A stretch of DNA of 60,934 nt, counting the filler, from Myxococcota bacterium (GTDB lineage Bacteria; Myxococcota_C; UBA6777), in NCBI GenBank assembly GCA_023150835.1. It is 3 parts of 3 records of this genome, joined end to end, with 100 filler letters (N's around TTAATTAATTAA, not from the genome) between each part and the next. Parts side by side here need not be neighbours in the genome. Positions count along the whole stretch, not along the records: positions 1 to 30,856 come from JAKLKB010000131.1; 2 more parts are not named here. The stretch is one strand, 5' to 3'. The position numbers were made by a program, and so were the translations under genes. Position 1 is the first letter of the stretch. Each line of letters opens with the position of its first letter. The notes under the pieces were generated by a model. That model was not told the DNA's origin, searched no databases, and saw nothing but the letters and a program-made list of their open reading frames with translations. Shown piece by piece: positions 9,064 through 19,437 of this stretch.

Positions 9064-10890
9064 TCAATCGCCACCGCCGCCGGGTACATCGCCTTGATAG
9101 AGAGAGTCGAGCAGGTCTTGGTAGCGCTTCATCACGTTGTTGCGCTTGATGCTCATCTTGGGGGTCATCATATCGTTTTCGATCGTAAAGCCTTCGTCGA
9201 GCAAAGCCCATTTTTTGGGCCGTTCGTAGCCTTTGAATTCGGCGCTGTGCTTTTTCAACTCTTCGCCGATCAAAGCGTGTGTACGGGGATCTTTGTTGAT
9301 CTCAGCCAAGGTCTCGCCCGGGACACCGTTTTGCTTGGCCCATGATTTGATGGCTGCTTCGTCGGGGTACACCAACACGACGTTGTAGAGCTTGTTAAAG
9401 CCATACAGGAAGACTTGGTCGATATAACCGCTGAGTTTGAGCAGTTCTTCGAGCGGCGAAGGCACCACATACTTGCCGTTTTCGAGCTTGTATTGTTCTT
9501 TGACACGGCCTGTGATCTTGATAAAGCCCTCAGGATCGATCGAACCCATATCACCTGTGCGAAAAGCGCGTTTGCCGTCCATATCGAAGATCACTTTGGC
9601 CGTATCTTCGGGGTGGTTGTGGTAGCCTTGCATAATGTTCGGCCCGACCACCACGATCTCCCCTTCTTGGCCTTGGGGTAGCTTTTTGCCTTCATCGTTG
9701 CAGATGTAGATCTGCACGCCCGGGATCGGCTTTCCGATCGTGCCGATTTTACGGGCTTGTGGCGAGTTGGCCGACGCGATCGGCGATGTCTCGGTCAAAC
9801 CGTAGCCTTCAAACACCAAGATGCCCACGTTGTCGATGAACATCGCCACTTCACGAGAAAGTGCTGCGCCTCCCGAGAAAGCGTACTTGAGGCGGCCCCC
9901 AAAGCGCGCTTTGACCTTGGAAAACACCAGCTTGTCAAAAAACTTGTACTGTGCATCAAGGAATGCGCTTTTCTTGCCTTGTTCAGCCAATTGACGACGC
10001 TTTTCCGCAACCTTCAAACCTTTTGTAAACAGAAAACGTGCAACCGCCGAACCTGCCGCCATCTTCTTGTTGAGGCCATCGTAGATGCGGTTAAAGATGC
10101 GTGGGACCGCAAACAACAAGGTCGGTTTGACCTCGCCAAAGTTGTCCATCAACGTGGACACACTCTCGGCGATGCCCATCGATGCGCCGCAACTGAGAAG
10201 CACATGCAACTCCACCGTTTGACCAAACGAGTGCGCCCAAGGCAAAAAGCTCAAGCTGCGGTCGTTTTGATCCATCGGAAAGAAACCGTGTACTGCGTTG
10301 ACGTTGGAGATGATGTTGCCGTGTGAGAGGATCACGCCTTTGGGTTTGCCCGTGGTTCCCGATGTGTAGATCAATCCCGCCGTTTCTTCTTCGGTGGGAT
10401 AGATCGGTGGGACGGGAGAAGCCGCGCCTTTCTTCAAGTGCCCTGCGTACGAATAGGCCGCACTTTCGGGTGCTTCAAAGCTGACGATGTGCTGAAGACC
10501 CTTGATCTCTTGGAGAAAAGACTTGGTCTTTTCGTAGATCGCTTCTTTGGCCACGAGCAGCACCTTGGCCCCAGAGTCTTCGACGATATATTTCCAATCT
10601 TTCGGCAGTTGCGACTCATACATCGGTACATAGTGCGCAGCCAAACCATACGTTGCGTACGCTGCCACCGCCCATTCCACACGATTGTCCGCGATCACCG
10701 CAACCTTGTCACCGCGTTTCACCCCAAGCAAGGCCAACGCAGCACGAAATTTGTCCACATCTTGACCGAATTCTTCGTGGGTCATCCACTGATACGCGCC
10801 GTTTTTCTTGGTCCCAAACAACAAGTTCTTTGCGTACCGTTGGCGGGCTTTCACTTGCATATCCACAAGCGAAGAAAAATTCTCAGCCAT
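9064..10890 (-). CDS. Long-chain fatty acid--CoA ligase
   Basis: IYTSGTTGKPKGV, EGYGLTETSP, FRTGDMG, ITGRVKE. Confidence 0.93.
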   Translation of the reverse strand: MAENFSSLVDMQVKARQRYAKNLLFGTKKNGAYQWMTHEEFGQDVDKFRAALALLGVKRGDKVAVIADNRVEWAVAAYATYGLAAHYVPMYESQLPKDWKYIVEDSGAKVLLVAKEAIYEKTKSFLQEIKGLQHIVSFEAPESAAYSYAGHLKKGAASPVPPIYPTEEETAGLIYTSGTTGKPKGVILSHGNIISNVNAVHGFFPMDQNDRSLSFLPWAHSFGQTVELHVLLSCGASMGIAESVSTLMDNFGEVKPTLLFAVPRIFNRIYDGLNKKMAAGSAVARFLFTKGLKVAEKRRQLAEQGKKSAFLDAQYKFFDKLVFSKVKARFGGRLKYAFSGGAALSREVAMFIDNVGILVFEGYGLTETSPIASANSPQARKIGTIGKPIPGVQIYICNDEGKKLPQGQEGEIVVVGPNIMQGYHNHPEDTAKVIFDMDGKRAFRTGDMGSIDPEGFIKITGRVKEQYKLENGKYVVPSPLEELLKLSGYIDQVFLYGFNKLYNVVLVYPDEAAIKSWAKQNGVPGETLAEINKDPRTHALIGEELKKHSAEFKGYERPKKWALLDEGFTIENDMMTPKMSIKRNNVMKRYQDLLDSLYQGDVPGGGGD

Positions 10891-11475
10891 CGCTCTCTCC
10901 TCAAATGTAACGAAAGACTGCTTGTGCCGACGCGTACGCCCGCTCCTGCGCAGCGCACACCCCTCAAACAGCAAAAATGTTTCTTATCAGCGCTGCAACC
11001 ACCTAGGCAGCTATGCCCTCTCAAGCCCTTCTAGGGTCCCGAGATATCGCCCCTTTGTGGATGCGCATTGCAGGCTTAGCAGATGCCCATCCGAAAATCA
11101 AGCCATCGCCCTGCTTTTGTTTCAACGCCTACTGAAAATTCGCTTGACAACAGGAACCTCTGCGTTGTATCTCTGTCCCCCTAAAAATGCGTCGTTTGGA
11201 TCACACGATCCTTGCCATCCACGCAAACACCCTTTGCACAACGCACACGACGCACACCAAATCGAGATCAGACTCCACATCTTAGACCTGTGGCGTTCTC
11301 CTCGTCACAAGGCCCTTTCATGTTTCGCGCAGGTTTCTTCTCTGCGGCTGGAGAATCGACCTACCTCAATCGCGAGATCATCCGTCAAGCCTTGCTGCTT
11401 CACCTTGCAAACACAAACTATCCTTTTGACTTTCTTGCGCAACATCGCGCAAAACGATTCTTTGGAGGTTCCCTC

Positions 11476-12090
11476 ATGGCCCGTTATACCGGCCCCCGTG
11501 TAAAAAAGATGCGCAGCTTGGGCGTCAACCTGCCCGGCCTTTCTCGTAAATCCATGGACAAGCGTCCTTATCCCCCCGGTCAGCACGGCAAAGTCGGACG
11601 TCGTAAACTCACCGAATATGGCCGCCGTCTGCTCGAAAAGCAAAAACTCCGCGTCAACTATGGACTTACCGAACGCCAACTGCGCAACACCATGTCTGCC
11701 GCCAAAAGCAGCAAACTCGACACGGGTATCAAGCTGCTCGAACTCCTTGAGCGCCGCCTTGACAACGTCGTCTTCCGCGCTGGCTTCGCCGCCACCATCC
11801 CCGCTGCACGCCAGTTGATCAACCACGGGCACATCACCGTCAACGGACGTCGTGTGGATATCCCCTCTTACACCGTCAACCAAGGCGACCTTGTTCGCCC
11901 CCGCGAAAAGACCGCCAAAAAAGCCTTCGTCTTGGAAGCCGTCAAAAGCCCCTCGCTGATCCGCCCCAACTGGATGTCTTTCGATGAAGCCGAGATGACC
12001 GCCACCATCATGACCCTCCCCGACGGAGAAAGCGTGCCTTTCCCCATCGAGATCCAGTACGTCATCGAATTCTACGCCAAAAGCCTCTAA
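11476..12090 (+). CDS. rpsD: 30S ribosomal protein S4 (stand-alone, no Zn-ribbon cysteines)
   Basis: MARYTGP, PPGQHG, LLEKQKLR, LERRLDNVVFRAGF, ARQLINHGHITVNG; GGAGG RBS. Confidence 0.97.
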   Translation: MARYTGPRVKKMRSLGVNLPGLSRKSMDKRPYPPGQHGKVGRRKLTEYGRRLLEKQKLRVNYGLTERQLRNTMSAAKSSKLDTGIKLLELLERRLDNVVFRAGFAATIPAARQLINHGHITVNGRRVDIPSYTVNQGDLVRPREKTAKKAFVLEAVKSPSLIRPNWMSFDEAEMTATIMTLPDGESVPFPIEIQYVIEFYAKSL

Positions 12091-12159
12091 GCCCCTCCCA
12101 CACCTCCACTTCCCCCCACATCTCCAAGCACAAAGGGCGCTTTCGGTCCAAAACCCTCC

Positions 12160-14004
12160 ATGCCCCAAAACCACGCACACAACCCAAGCCTCTGGCTACG
12201 GCTCTTTCAAACACCCACCCTCTGGCTGTGGGGATTGGCCTTGTCTGTGGGCTACGTTGTTGGAGCCTACATCCCCGCAACGTGGACCGTTGAACAAGTC
12301 CCCTTGGATGTTCAACAAAAGCAGGAAAAGCTGTCTGACTCCGTCGAAGAAAAGTCGGTATCTCCGAGCGCAACTCGACCTACGCCCATAATGAAGCTAT
12401 TTTACACCGTCGAAGGAAAGTCCGCCGCTCTCGAAAAGATCTTCTCTTATGACACTTCACCGCTTCATCCGCAAACGATCCTCGCCCACAACAAAGCAGG
12501 CACTTCACCCACCCTTCGCCAAGCCGTTGTCAAAAAAGACATCCTCGGACAAGGCTCCCCCACATCAAGCTATCTCCTCCAAAAAGCCCGTCGCCACTGG
12601 GGTTGGTGGTCTCTGCTGCCCGCAATCATCGCGATCCTGTTGTGCTGGATCACCCGTGAACCCATAACCGCCCTCTTTGGTGGAGTGCTTGCGGGCGTAT
12701 GTTTGCTCGGTCGCCACAACATCACGGAGGCTGTGTCCGCGATGACGGCACAAAACACCGCTGGCGTGTTGCTGTTGTACTTGGTGCTGCTTGGTGGGTT
12801 GTTGGGACTGTGGTCTCGAACGGGTGCGGCACAGGCGTTTGCGGACTTGGTGGCACGAAGGTTTGTGCGTGGGCCGCGCAGCGCACGTTTGGTCGCGTGG
12901 GGTTTGGGCGTGCTGTTCTTTCAAGGCGGAACCATGAGCACCGTCTTGGTCGGAACCACCGTCAAACCCCTTGCGGATGCCCACAAGATCAGCCACGAAG
13001 AATTGTCCTACATCGTGGACTCAACCGCTTCTCCGATCGCCTGTTTACTGGCCTTTAACGCATGGCCGGGCTACGTCCAAGCCTTCCTTTTTGTACCCGG
13101 CATTGCTTGGCTTTCGACCGAAACCTTGCGCATCCAATTTTTCTTTCTGTGTATTCCTTTTTCTTTTTATGCGATCTTGGCCGTCATGGGGACCTTTTTA
13201 CTGTGTATCGATCGGGCTCCATTTTTGGGGCGTCGGATGCACGCAGCGATCCGCCGCGCCCGAGAAACAGGGCAACTTGACGCGCCCGATGCCCAACCTC
13301 TCGCCGCCAAAGAACTCCACGCCAACCATGTCCCTTCGGGCTATACTCCCCATGTGATCGAGTTCTTCCTTCCTTTCGGCGTCTTGATCGGCATCGCGGT
13401 TGGAACCTTTTTGTGGATGGGAACACCGCAGATCCGTTGGGCTTTTGGAGCCGCTGTCTTGATCGCTTTTGTGACCACGATGCTTCGCGGGATGTCTTTG
13501 CGTTGCTTGATCGAGGGCTTTGGTGACGGACTCAAGGGCGTTGTGATGGGTTCCGTCATTCTGGTCTTGGCGATCACCCTTGGCGGCATCAGCAGCGAAG
13601 CGGGTGGCGGTATCTTTCTCGTCGAGCTGCTCGGCAAGACCGTTCCTTTTTGGGCCTTGCCTGTGATGCTTCAACTGATCACCATCGTGATCTCCTTTTC
13701 GACAGGCACAAGCTGGGGAACGTATGCCGTCACCTTCCCGCTCGCGATGCCCCTTGCTTGGGCTGTTGCACAATCGCAAGGACTCGCACACCCCCAATTC
13801 TTCATGATCTTGTGTTTTGCTGCCGTCATGAACGGCAGCGTCTTTGGCGATCAATGTTCTCCCATCTCCGACACCACCATCCTTAGCTCGATGTGTACGG
13901 GCTGCGACTTGATGGATCACGTCCGCACACAACTCCCGCAAGCCTCGGTCGCTGCGCTGCTTGCGGGCATCGGGTGGACTGCGTGCGCTTTTTTGGCTGT
14001 CTAG
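12160..14004 (+). CDS. Na+/H+ antiporter NhaC-family membrane transporter
   Basis: Many TM helices; EELSYIVDSTASP, SFSTGTSWGT, VFGDQCSPISDTTILSS; start uncertain. Confidence 0.88.
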   Translation: MPQNHAHNPSLWLRLFQTPTLWLWGLALSVGYVVGAYIPATWTVEQVPLDVQQKQEKLSDSVEEKSVSPSATRPTPIMKLFYTVEGKSAALEKIFSYDTSPLHPQTILAHNKAGTSPTLRQAVVKKDILGQGSPTSSYLLQKARRHWGWWSLLPAIIAILLCWITREPITALFGGVLAGVCLLGRHNITEAVSAMTAQNTAGVLLLYLVLLGGLLGLWSRTGAAQAFADLVARRFVRGPRSARLVAWGLGVLFFQGGTMSTVLVGTTVKPLADAHKISHEELSYIVDSTASPIACLLAFNAWPGYVQAFLFVPGIAWLSTETLRIQFFFLCIPFSFYAILAVMGTFLLCIDRAPFLGRRMHAAIRRARETGQLDAPDAQPLAAKELHANHVPSGYTPHVIEFFLPFGVLIGIAVGTFLWMGTPQIRWAFGAAVLIAFVTTMLRGMSLRCLIEGFGDGLKGVVMGSVILVLAITLGGISSEAGGGIFLVELLGKTVPFWALPVMLQLITIVISFSTGTSWGTYAVTFPLAMPLAWAVAQSQGLAHPQFFMILCFAAVMNGSVFGDQCSPISDTTILSSMCTGCDLMDHVRTQLPQASVAALLAGIGWTACAFLAV

Positions 14005-14038
14005 TCCCGTTAGAACTTACGCGGTTGGGCTGATTTTG

Positions 14039-14151
14039 TGGGTTTCACCCCACACCCCACCCTAGACTGTCGCCCCTTGACCCCGTTTTGGCGAAGAGAT
14101 CGCAGGTTTTTCAAAACAACGACCCTCTCGCGAGAAGTGACCCGAACACGG
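14039..14151 (-). repeat. ~115-nt structured intergenic element, copy 3
   Basis: Minus strand CCGTGTTCGGGTC...CCAAAACGGGGTCAAGGGG...GGGGTGAAACCCA. Confidence 0.75.
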
Positions 14152-14202
14152 CTTTTTTTGGCTACTGCGCAAGTCCTATCCCATTCAAGGAGCCTAAGAG
14201 AT

Positions 14203-15555
14203 ATGGCAAACAAAACATACGATTATCTAGTGCTTGGAGCAGGAAGCGGAGGTTTGGCTTCCGCACGACGTGCGGCTTCTTATGGCGCAAAGGTCGCGCT
14301 GTTTGAGGCCGATCAGATCGGCGGAACCTGTGTCAATCGCGGGTGTGTCCCCAAAAAAGTGATGTTCCACGCAGCCAGTCTGGCCGAAGATCTCCAAGAT
14401 CTCCCCACCTACGGCTTTGAGATCGAACGCAAAGGCTTCGATTGGAAGGCGCTTGTCGAACGGCGCACTGCCTACATCCATCGCCTTCACGAGATCTACC
14501 ACCGCAATATCAAACGCGAAGGCATCGATTACATCCAAGGATGGGCGCGTTTAGTCGGCCCACACACGGTCGAAGCCAATGGCGAATCCTACGAGGCCCC
14601 GCACATCCTTCTTCCGATGGGCGGACGGCCCGATATCCCCCGTGGGATCAAAGGCTCCGAACATGGCATCACCTCCGACGAATTCTTCAAACTCGACCGA
14701 CTACCGCGTCGCGTGGCCGTCGTCGGTTCGGGCTATATCGCGGTCGAGATCGCTGGCATCCTACGCGCCCTTGGTTCCGACGTTTGCATATTTGTTCGCA
14801 GCGACCGCTTGCTGCGCTCGTTTGATGTCATGCTCCAAGAACGCCTACGCGACGAGATGATCGCCCAAGGTATCCACATCCACTTTAACTCCGCCATCGA
14901 ATCCATCGAAGGCAAAGACGGCGAAGAACTCCATTTTTATTGCAGCAACGGACTTGTTCACAAAGGTTACGACTGTCTGCTGTGGGCTGTTGGCCGCGTC
15001 CCACTCACCCGCGATATCGGCCTCGAAGCCGCAGGCATCGAGATCACTCGCGAAGGCCATATCGTTGTCGATGCTTTCCAAAATACCACTGCCCAAGGGA
15101 TCTATGCCCTCGGTGATGTGACTGAAAGCCCCGCCCTTACGCCACTTGCGATCGCTGCTGGACGTAAACTCGCTGACCGCCTCTTTGGTGGACACAACGA
15201 CGCACGCCAACTCTACGATCAGATCCCCAGCGCGGTCTTTTCTCATCCCCCCATCGGAACCGTCGGTCTCACCGAACGCGAAGCCCGCTCTCGCTACGAA
15301 GACGTCAAGATCTACACCGCCCAATTCACCAACATGTTCTACGCTCTCGGCGACCACAAACCCAAAACCGCCATGAAGCTGATCGTCCACGGCAAAGATG
15401 AACACATCCTCGGCATCCATCTCATCGGACGCAACGCCGACGAGATCATCCAAGGCTTCGCTGTGGCCCTTCGCATGGGCGCTTGCAAAGCCGACCTTGA
15501 CGCCACCCTCGCCATCCACCCCACCAGTGCCGAAGAACTCGTCACCTTGCGCTAA
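14203..15555 (+). CDS. gor: Glutathione-disulfide reductase
   Basis: GAGSGG, GGTCVNRGCVPKK, GSGYIAVE, IHPTSAEELVTLR. Confidence 0.95.
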   Translation: MANKTYDYLVLGAGSGGLASARRAASYGAKVALFEADQIGGTCVNRGCVPKKVMFHAASLAEDLQDLPTYGFEIERKGFDWKALVERRTAYIHRLHEIYHRNIKREGIDYIQGWARLVGPHTVEANGESYEAPHILLPMGGRPDIPRGIKGSEHGITSDEFFKLDRLPRRVAVVGSGYIAVEIAGILRALGSDVCIFVRSDRLLRSFDVMLQERLRDEMIAQGIHIHFNSAIESIEGKDGEELHFYCSNGLVHKGYDCLLWAVGRVPLTRDIGLEAAGIEITREGHIVVDAFQNTTAQGIYALGDVTESPALTPLAIAAGRKLADRLFGGHNDARQLYDQIPSAVFSHPPIGTVGLTEREARSRYEDVKIYTAQFTNMFYALGDHKPKTAMKLIVHGKDEHILGIHLIGRNADEIIQGFAVALRMGACKADLDATLAIHPTSAEELVTLR

Positions 15556-15878
15556 TACAAGTACATCCGTACCAACGGGAACACACGAAACACAAACGCG
15601 GTTCCTGCCGCCCCCAACACCAACATCCAACACATCATCGGATGCCCGGGAAAAGCACCTTGCAACCACACCGTCAGCACACTTAGCCTCGACGCGGTCG
15701 CCAACACCACCGCCACCGCCACCCACTCGATCCCCTCAAAAACATCCGCAAACAAGATCAGCCCGCAAAATGTACCCATCAGCGCAGCCGCTCCCATGAC
15801 CACCGCAAAGGTGAACCATCGGGATCGTTGATCCAAATGTTCTTGGTGCATCGCCTCTATATGCTCCTTTTCGTCCAA
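15552..15878 (-). CDS. Small membrane protein
   Basis: Three hydrophobic segments; start codon uncertain. Confidence 0.5.
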   Translation of the reverse strand: MDEKEHIEAMHQEHLDQRSRWFTFAVVMGAAALMGTFCGLILFADVFEGIEWVAVAVVLATASRLSVLTVWLQGAFPGHPMMCWMLVLGAAGTAFVFRVFPLVRMYLY

Positions 15879-16174
15879 ACCGCGCTGGGCCGAAAACCAT
15901 CAACCCACACAATCGGGCACTTTAACCCGCAAACAACACAGACGCTGTCTTTTTGTTTTGTCGCGTTGCCCCACGCAAGATCCGCTTCCGTGCATCCAGC
16001 CAGCTAAACAAATCTTCTCCGCCACGTCAACATTCCCCTTCCCAAACCTCACGCTCACGGCCACCTTTCACCCTTCCGCCATCTTTGCTGCTTGCAAGCC
16101 CCGCCGTGCTCGTGCTACCAAAAGCAGCGAAATCGGCCCAAATGCCCCATCCTATCGCCCAAGAGAGGCCACCG

Positions 16175-17803
16175 ATGACCACGCAGCGTTTTCTTTCCAC
16201 CTTATCTGACGCCTTACGGCTGCTGCCTGTACCCTTGCTCGAACAAGCCGAGCGGCTCCAAGAACAAGCTGCAAACGCCCTGTTGAAACACCCCGATGCC
16301 GCACGACAACCTGCGGCCCTCTTGCGGATGTTGCTTTGCGCTGCGCGGCGTTGGTCCGCCCTTCAACAGATCCAACAAAGCCAAGCCACCCTCGCCCTCT
16401 CTGACGACCTCCAAGCGCGCATCACAGAACGCGCTCATCTGGGATTGATCGAACGACTCCAACGCTACTTCGCCGCCTACCCTCAAACAGAGAGCGCCTC
16501 AGCTTGGGCGGCAGCGTTCGATCTTTGGGATGCTTGCAACAAGATCGCATGGCGCGATGCACAGCTTTCGGTCGAAGCCCGCGACACACAACATCCTCGA
16601 CTCGATCATTTTGCCGATCTGATCGGCGCTCAAGGCCCTTGCCATGAAGTCCCTGCTCACCGCTGGCTTGCGATCCGCCGAGGACAACAAGAAGGCGTCC
16701 TTGCGCTGCGATTCAAATGGCCCGAACCATCGCTACTTGAACAGATTCAGCTTTACCGCAAAGCCCTCAACGCCCCTGAAAGCCGCAGCGATGCCTCTTT
16801 GCTCCAAGAGCTTGTCTTGGATGCCCTTCCCATCGCCCTCGAACAGCAACTCCAAGAAAGCGCCCAACAACACACCTCCCTCCAATCCCAAAAAGAACTT
16901 CATCGATTGTTGACCGCTGCACCGCTCACCCAAGCACCCCTCGCCTCGCTTTCTCTCAGCCGTGAAGACCGACCCATCGCCCTGATCGTCCTCGATGGGC
17001 AATCTGCCCTTATCCACAGCGAAACCTTCCCGATCACCGCGCAAACTCCCCAACGCCTCAAGACGCTGCTCCAAGGCATCGCTCCTGCCGCCATCGCACT
17101 CCCCGTCCGCGCCCCCGCCATCCAAACCCTCAACGAGATCGCCAGTTCTCTCCACGGGATCGCCCCGATCCACCGCGTCCGTGAAGCCGCCCTTTCCACC
17201 GCACGCCAGCGCTGGATGGACCCCCCCCACCACCTACCCCGCGAGATCGCCAACGCACGCGCACAAGCCGAACGACTCCAAGATCCCTTCAAAGCATGGG
17301 ATCGCATCGAACCGCTCCAGATCGGTCTGGCCGAATACACCGAACAGATCGACACCGCACGCCTCGAACAAGCCCTGCTCGATGAAAAGCAACTCGCACG
17401 ACACGCCCTCACCTACAACACCGCCGAAGAAGAAACCCCTGAACGCGCCAGCTTCTCCCTCCAAGGCTCACTCAATCCCCTCGTTCGTTCCATCGCCGAT
17501 CTGCGGCCCGGAATGACCCTCCAAGGCGTCGTTTCCCACACCACCGACTTCGGCGCATTCGTCCAACTCGGACTGCCCGAAGAAGGCATGATCCATGTTT
17601 CGGAACTCGCCGACCGTTTCATCAAACACCCCAACGAAGTCGTCCAAAGCGGACAACAGCTCCGTGTCCGTGTGCTTTCCGTTGAACCCGACAAAGCCCG
17701 CATCAGTCTCACCCTCAAAACACCCAAACCCAACGCTCCCGCTCCCGCAAAACAACGCAAAGCCGATAGCCTCAAAAAGCTCGAACAACTCTTCAAAAAA
17801 TAG
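16175..17803 (+). CDS. Divergent Tex-like protein with C-terminal S1 domain
   Basis: HRWLAIRRGQQEGVL and AERLQDP..IGLAEY resemble Tex motifs; S1 domain LRPGMTLQGVVSHTTDFGAFVQLG...HVSEL...RISLTLK. Confidence 0.8.
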   Translation: MTTQRFLSTLSDALRLLPVPLLEQAERLQEQAANALLKHPDAARQPAALLRMLLCAARRWSALQQIQQSQATLALSDDLQARITERAHLGLIERLQRYFAAYPQTESASAWAAAFDLWDACNKIAWRDAQLSVEARDTQHPRLDHFADLIGAQGPCHEVPAHRWLAIRRGQQEGVLALRFKWPEPSLLEQIQLYRKALNAPESRSDASLLQELVLDALPIALEQQLQESAQQHTSLQSQKELHRLLTAAPLTQAPLASLSLSREDRPIALIVLDGQSALIHSETFPITAQTPQRLKTLLQGIAPAAIALPVRAPAIQTLNEIASSLHGIAPIHRVREAALSTARQRWMDPPHHLPREIANARAQAERLQDPFKAWDRIEPLQIGLAEYTEQIDTARLEQALLDEKQLARHALTYNTAEEETPERASFSLQGSLNPLVRSIADLRPGMTLQGVVSHTTDFGAFVQLGLPEEGMIHVSELADRFIKHPNEVVQSGQQLRVRVLSVEPDKARISLTLKTPKPNAPAPAKQRKADSLKKLEQLFKK

Positions 17804-17830
17804 CAGCTTGTTCTTTTGTTTTTGGTTTTG

Positions 17831-17945
17831 TGGGGCGAGGTACCAAACCCCGCCATAGACCGATGGCCCCTTGACCCCATATCGGCGAAGAGAGCATCGT
17901 TCTTTCACTCAAACGACTCTGTCGCTTGACATGACCCGAACACGA
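17831..17945 (-). repeat. ~115-nt structured intergenic element, copy 4
   Basis: Minus strand TCGTGTTCGGGTC...CGATATGGGGTCAAGGGG...CGCCCCA. Confidence 0.75.
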
Positions 17946-18018
17946 CTTTTTTGTTTAGACCGCAAATACGGCTTTTTTCTCTATCACGACATCTCTCAAA
18001 ACAAAGAAAAAATCTTCT

Positions 18019-19101
18019 ATGAAAACAAGGTATTTACTTGCCATCGAAAGCTCTTGTGACGAAACGGCGGCTGCTGTAATCGCCATCGCAGAAGACGGAG
18101 CTTTCGCCCTTCGCTCTAGTCTCGTCGCAAGCCAAGTCGATATACACGCCCGTTATGGCGGAGTGGTGCCTGAGATCGCAAGCCGCACCCATCTCGAAGT
18201 CGCCTTGCCCCTGATCCAAGATGCTTTGCGTGAAGCGCAGATCCAGCGCCAAGACCTCGCAGCCATCGCCGTGACACGCGGCCCCGGTCTGATCGGAGCT
18301 TTGCTCGTTGGACTCCAGATCGCCAAAGCCATCGCCTTTGCATGGAAACTCCCGCTAATCGGCGTCAATCACCTCGCAGGACACCTCGAAGCCGTCTTTC
18401 TCGAAGACCGCACCCCCACCTTTCCTTTTCTCGCCCTCTTGGTTTCGGGCGGACACACCACCCTTTATCGCGTCGATGAACACGGGCAATACAAACATCT
18501 CGGCGCAACCCGCGACGATGCCGCTGGCGAAGCCTTCGACAAAGCCGCCAAGATGCTCGGCCTCGGTTATCCGGGCGGTGTGCAGATCGATCGACTCGCG
18601 CAACAAGGCGATCCCTCCCGCTTCCCCTTCCCACGCTCCATGATGCGCCAAGATCAGGGCCTCGACTTTAGTTTCTCTGGACTCAAAACCGCCTGTCGCA
18701 ACACCCTCGAAAAACTTGCCCTCCCACTCGAACCCTCCATCCTGTCGGACTTTTGTGCGTCCTACCAAGAGGCCATCGTCGACGCACTCTGGCAAAAAAC
18801 CGCCCTCGCCCTTCAACTACAATCCCTCTCCTCCGTCGTCGTGACAGGTGGCGTTGCCGCCAACAGCCGCTTGCGCAGCCTCTTCCAAAACCAATGCCAA
18901 AAATACGGATACAGCTTGTTTTTGCCCTCTCGCCGCTTTTGCACCGACAACGCCGCCATGATCGCCGCTGCCGCTGTCCCTCCCTTCCTCCAAGCCCGAT
19001 TTGACGACCTTTCCCTCAACGCTACAGGCAAGCTCCCCCTCGATCCCAGCGCCCTCCCTCGCGGACCTCGCCGACCTCCCCGCTCCACCCAAAACACATA
19101 A
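18019..19101 (+). CDS. tsaD: tRNA N6-adenosine threonylcarbamoyltransferase
   Basis: AIESSCDET, GGVVPEIASR, VNHLAGH, VSGGHT, DDAAGEAFDK, TDNAAMIA. Confidence 0.97.
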   Translation: MKTRYLLAIESSCDETAAAVIAIAEDGAFALRSSLVASQVDIHARYGGVVPEIASRTHLEVALPLIQDALREAQIQRQDLAAIAVTRGPGLIGALLVGLQIAKAIAFAWKLPLIGVNHLAGHLEAVFLEDRTPTFPFLALLVSGGHTTLYRVDEHGQYKHLGATRDDAAGEAFDKAAKMLGLGYPGGVQIDRLAQQGDPSRFPFPRSMMRQDQGLDFSFSGLKTACRNTLEKLALPLEPSILSDFCASYQEAIVDALWQKTALALQLQSLSSVVVTGGVAANSRLRSLFQNQCQKYGYSLFLPSRRFCTDNAAMIAAAAVPPFLQARFDDLSLNATGKLPLDPSALPRGPRRPPRSTQNT

Positions 19102-19247
19102 CTTTCCTCTTCTTCCTCTTCTTCCTCTTCCTTCTTCCTCTTCTTCCTCTTCTTCCTCTTCTTCCTCTTCTTCCTCTTCTTCCTCTTCTTCCTCTTCTTC
19201 CTCTTCTTCCTCTTCTTCTTATTTCCGTGTTTTCCGTGCTTTCCGTG
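19102..19247. repeat. Pure-pyrimidine 9-bp microsatellite (TTCCTCTTC)n followed by three TTTCCGTG units
   Basis: About 119 nt of C/T only (19102-19220) immediately after the tsaD stop. Confidence 0.95.
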
Positions 19248-19437
19248 GACTCTTTTTGTGCGTACCTGTTTGAACCTTTTTCCTTTCGTTGCGTCCAAGG
19301 CCGCATCTTTCTCTTTTGCAAAGGATTTTCGCGCCATGCCTGTTTGTTTGCTCGTTTGAATGCCCACAGCCCTTTTCCCTCGATAGATCCGCGTATTTGC
19401 GGGCTTCTGTATTTCTCGCAGGAGAGAAGGTCTGTGT

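Noticed and set aside
9064..10890. p-coumarate-CoA ligase for the PYP chromophore
   Set aside because: Length (~608 aa) and motifs fit long-chain fatty acyl-CoA synthetases, and it is several genes away from the PYP gene.
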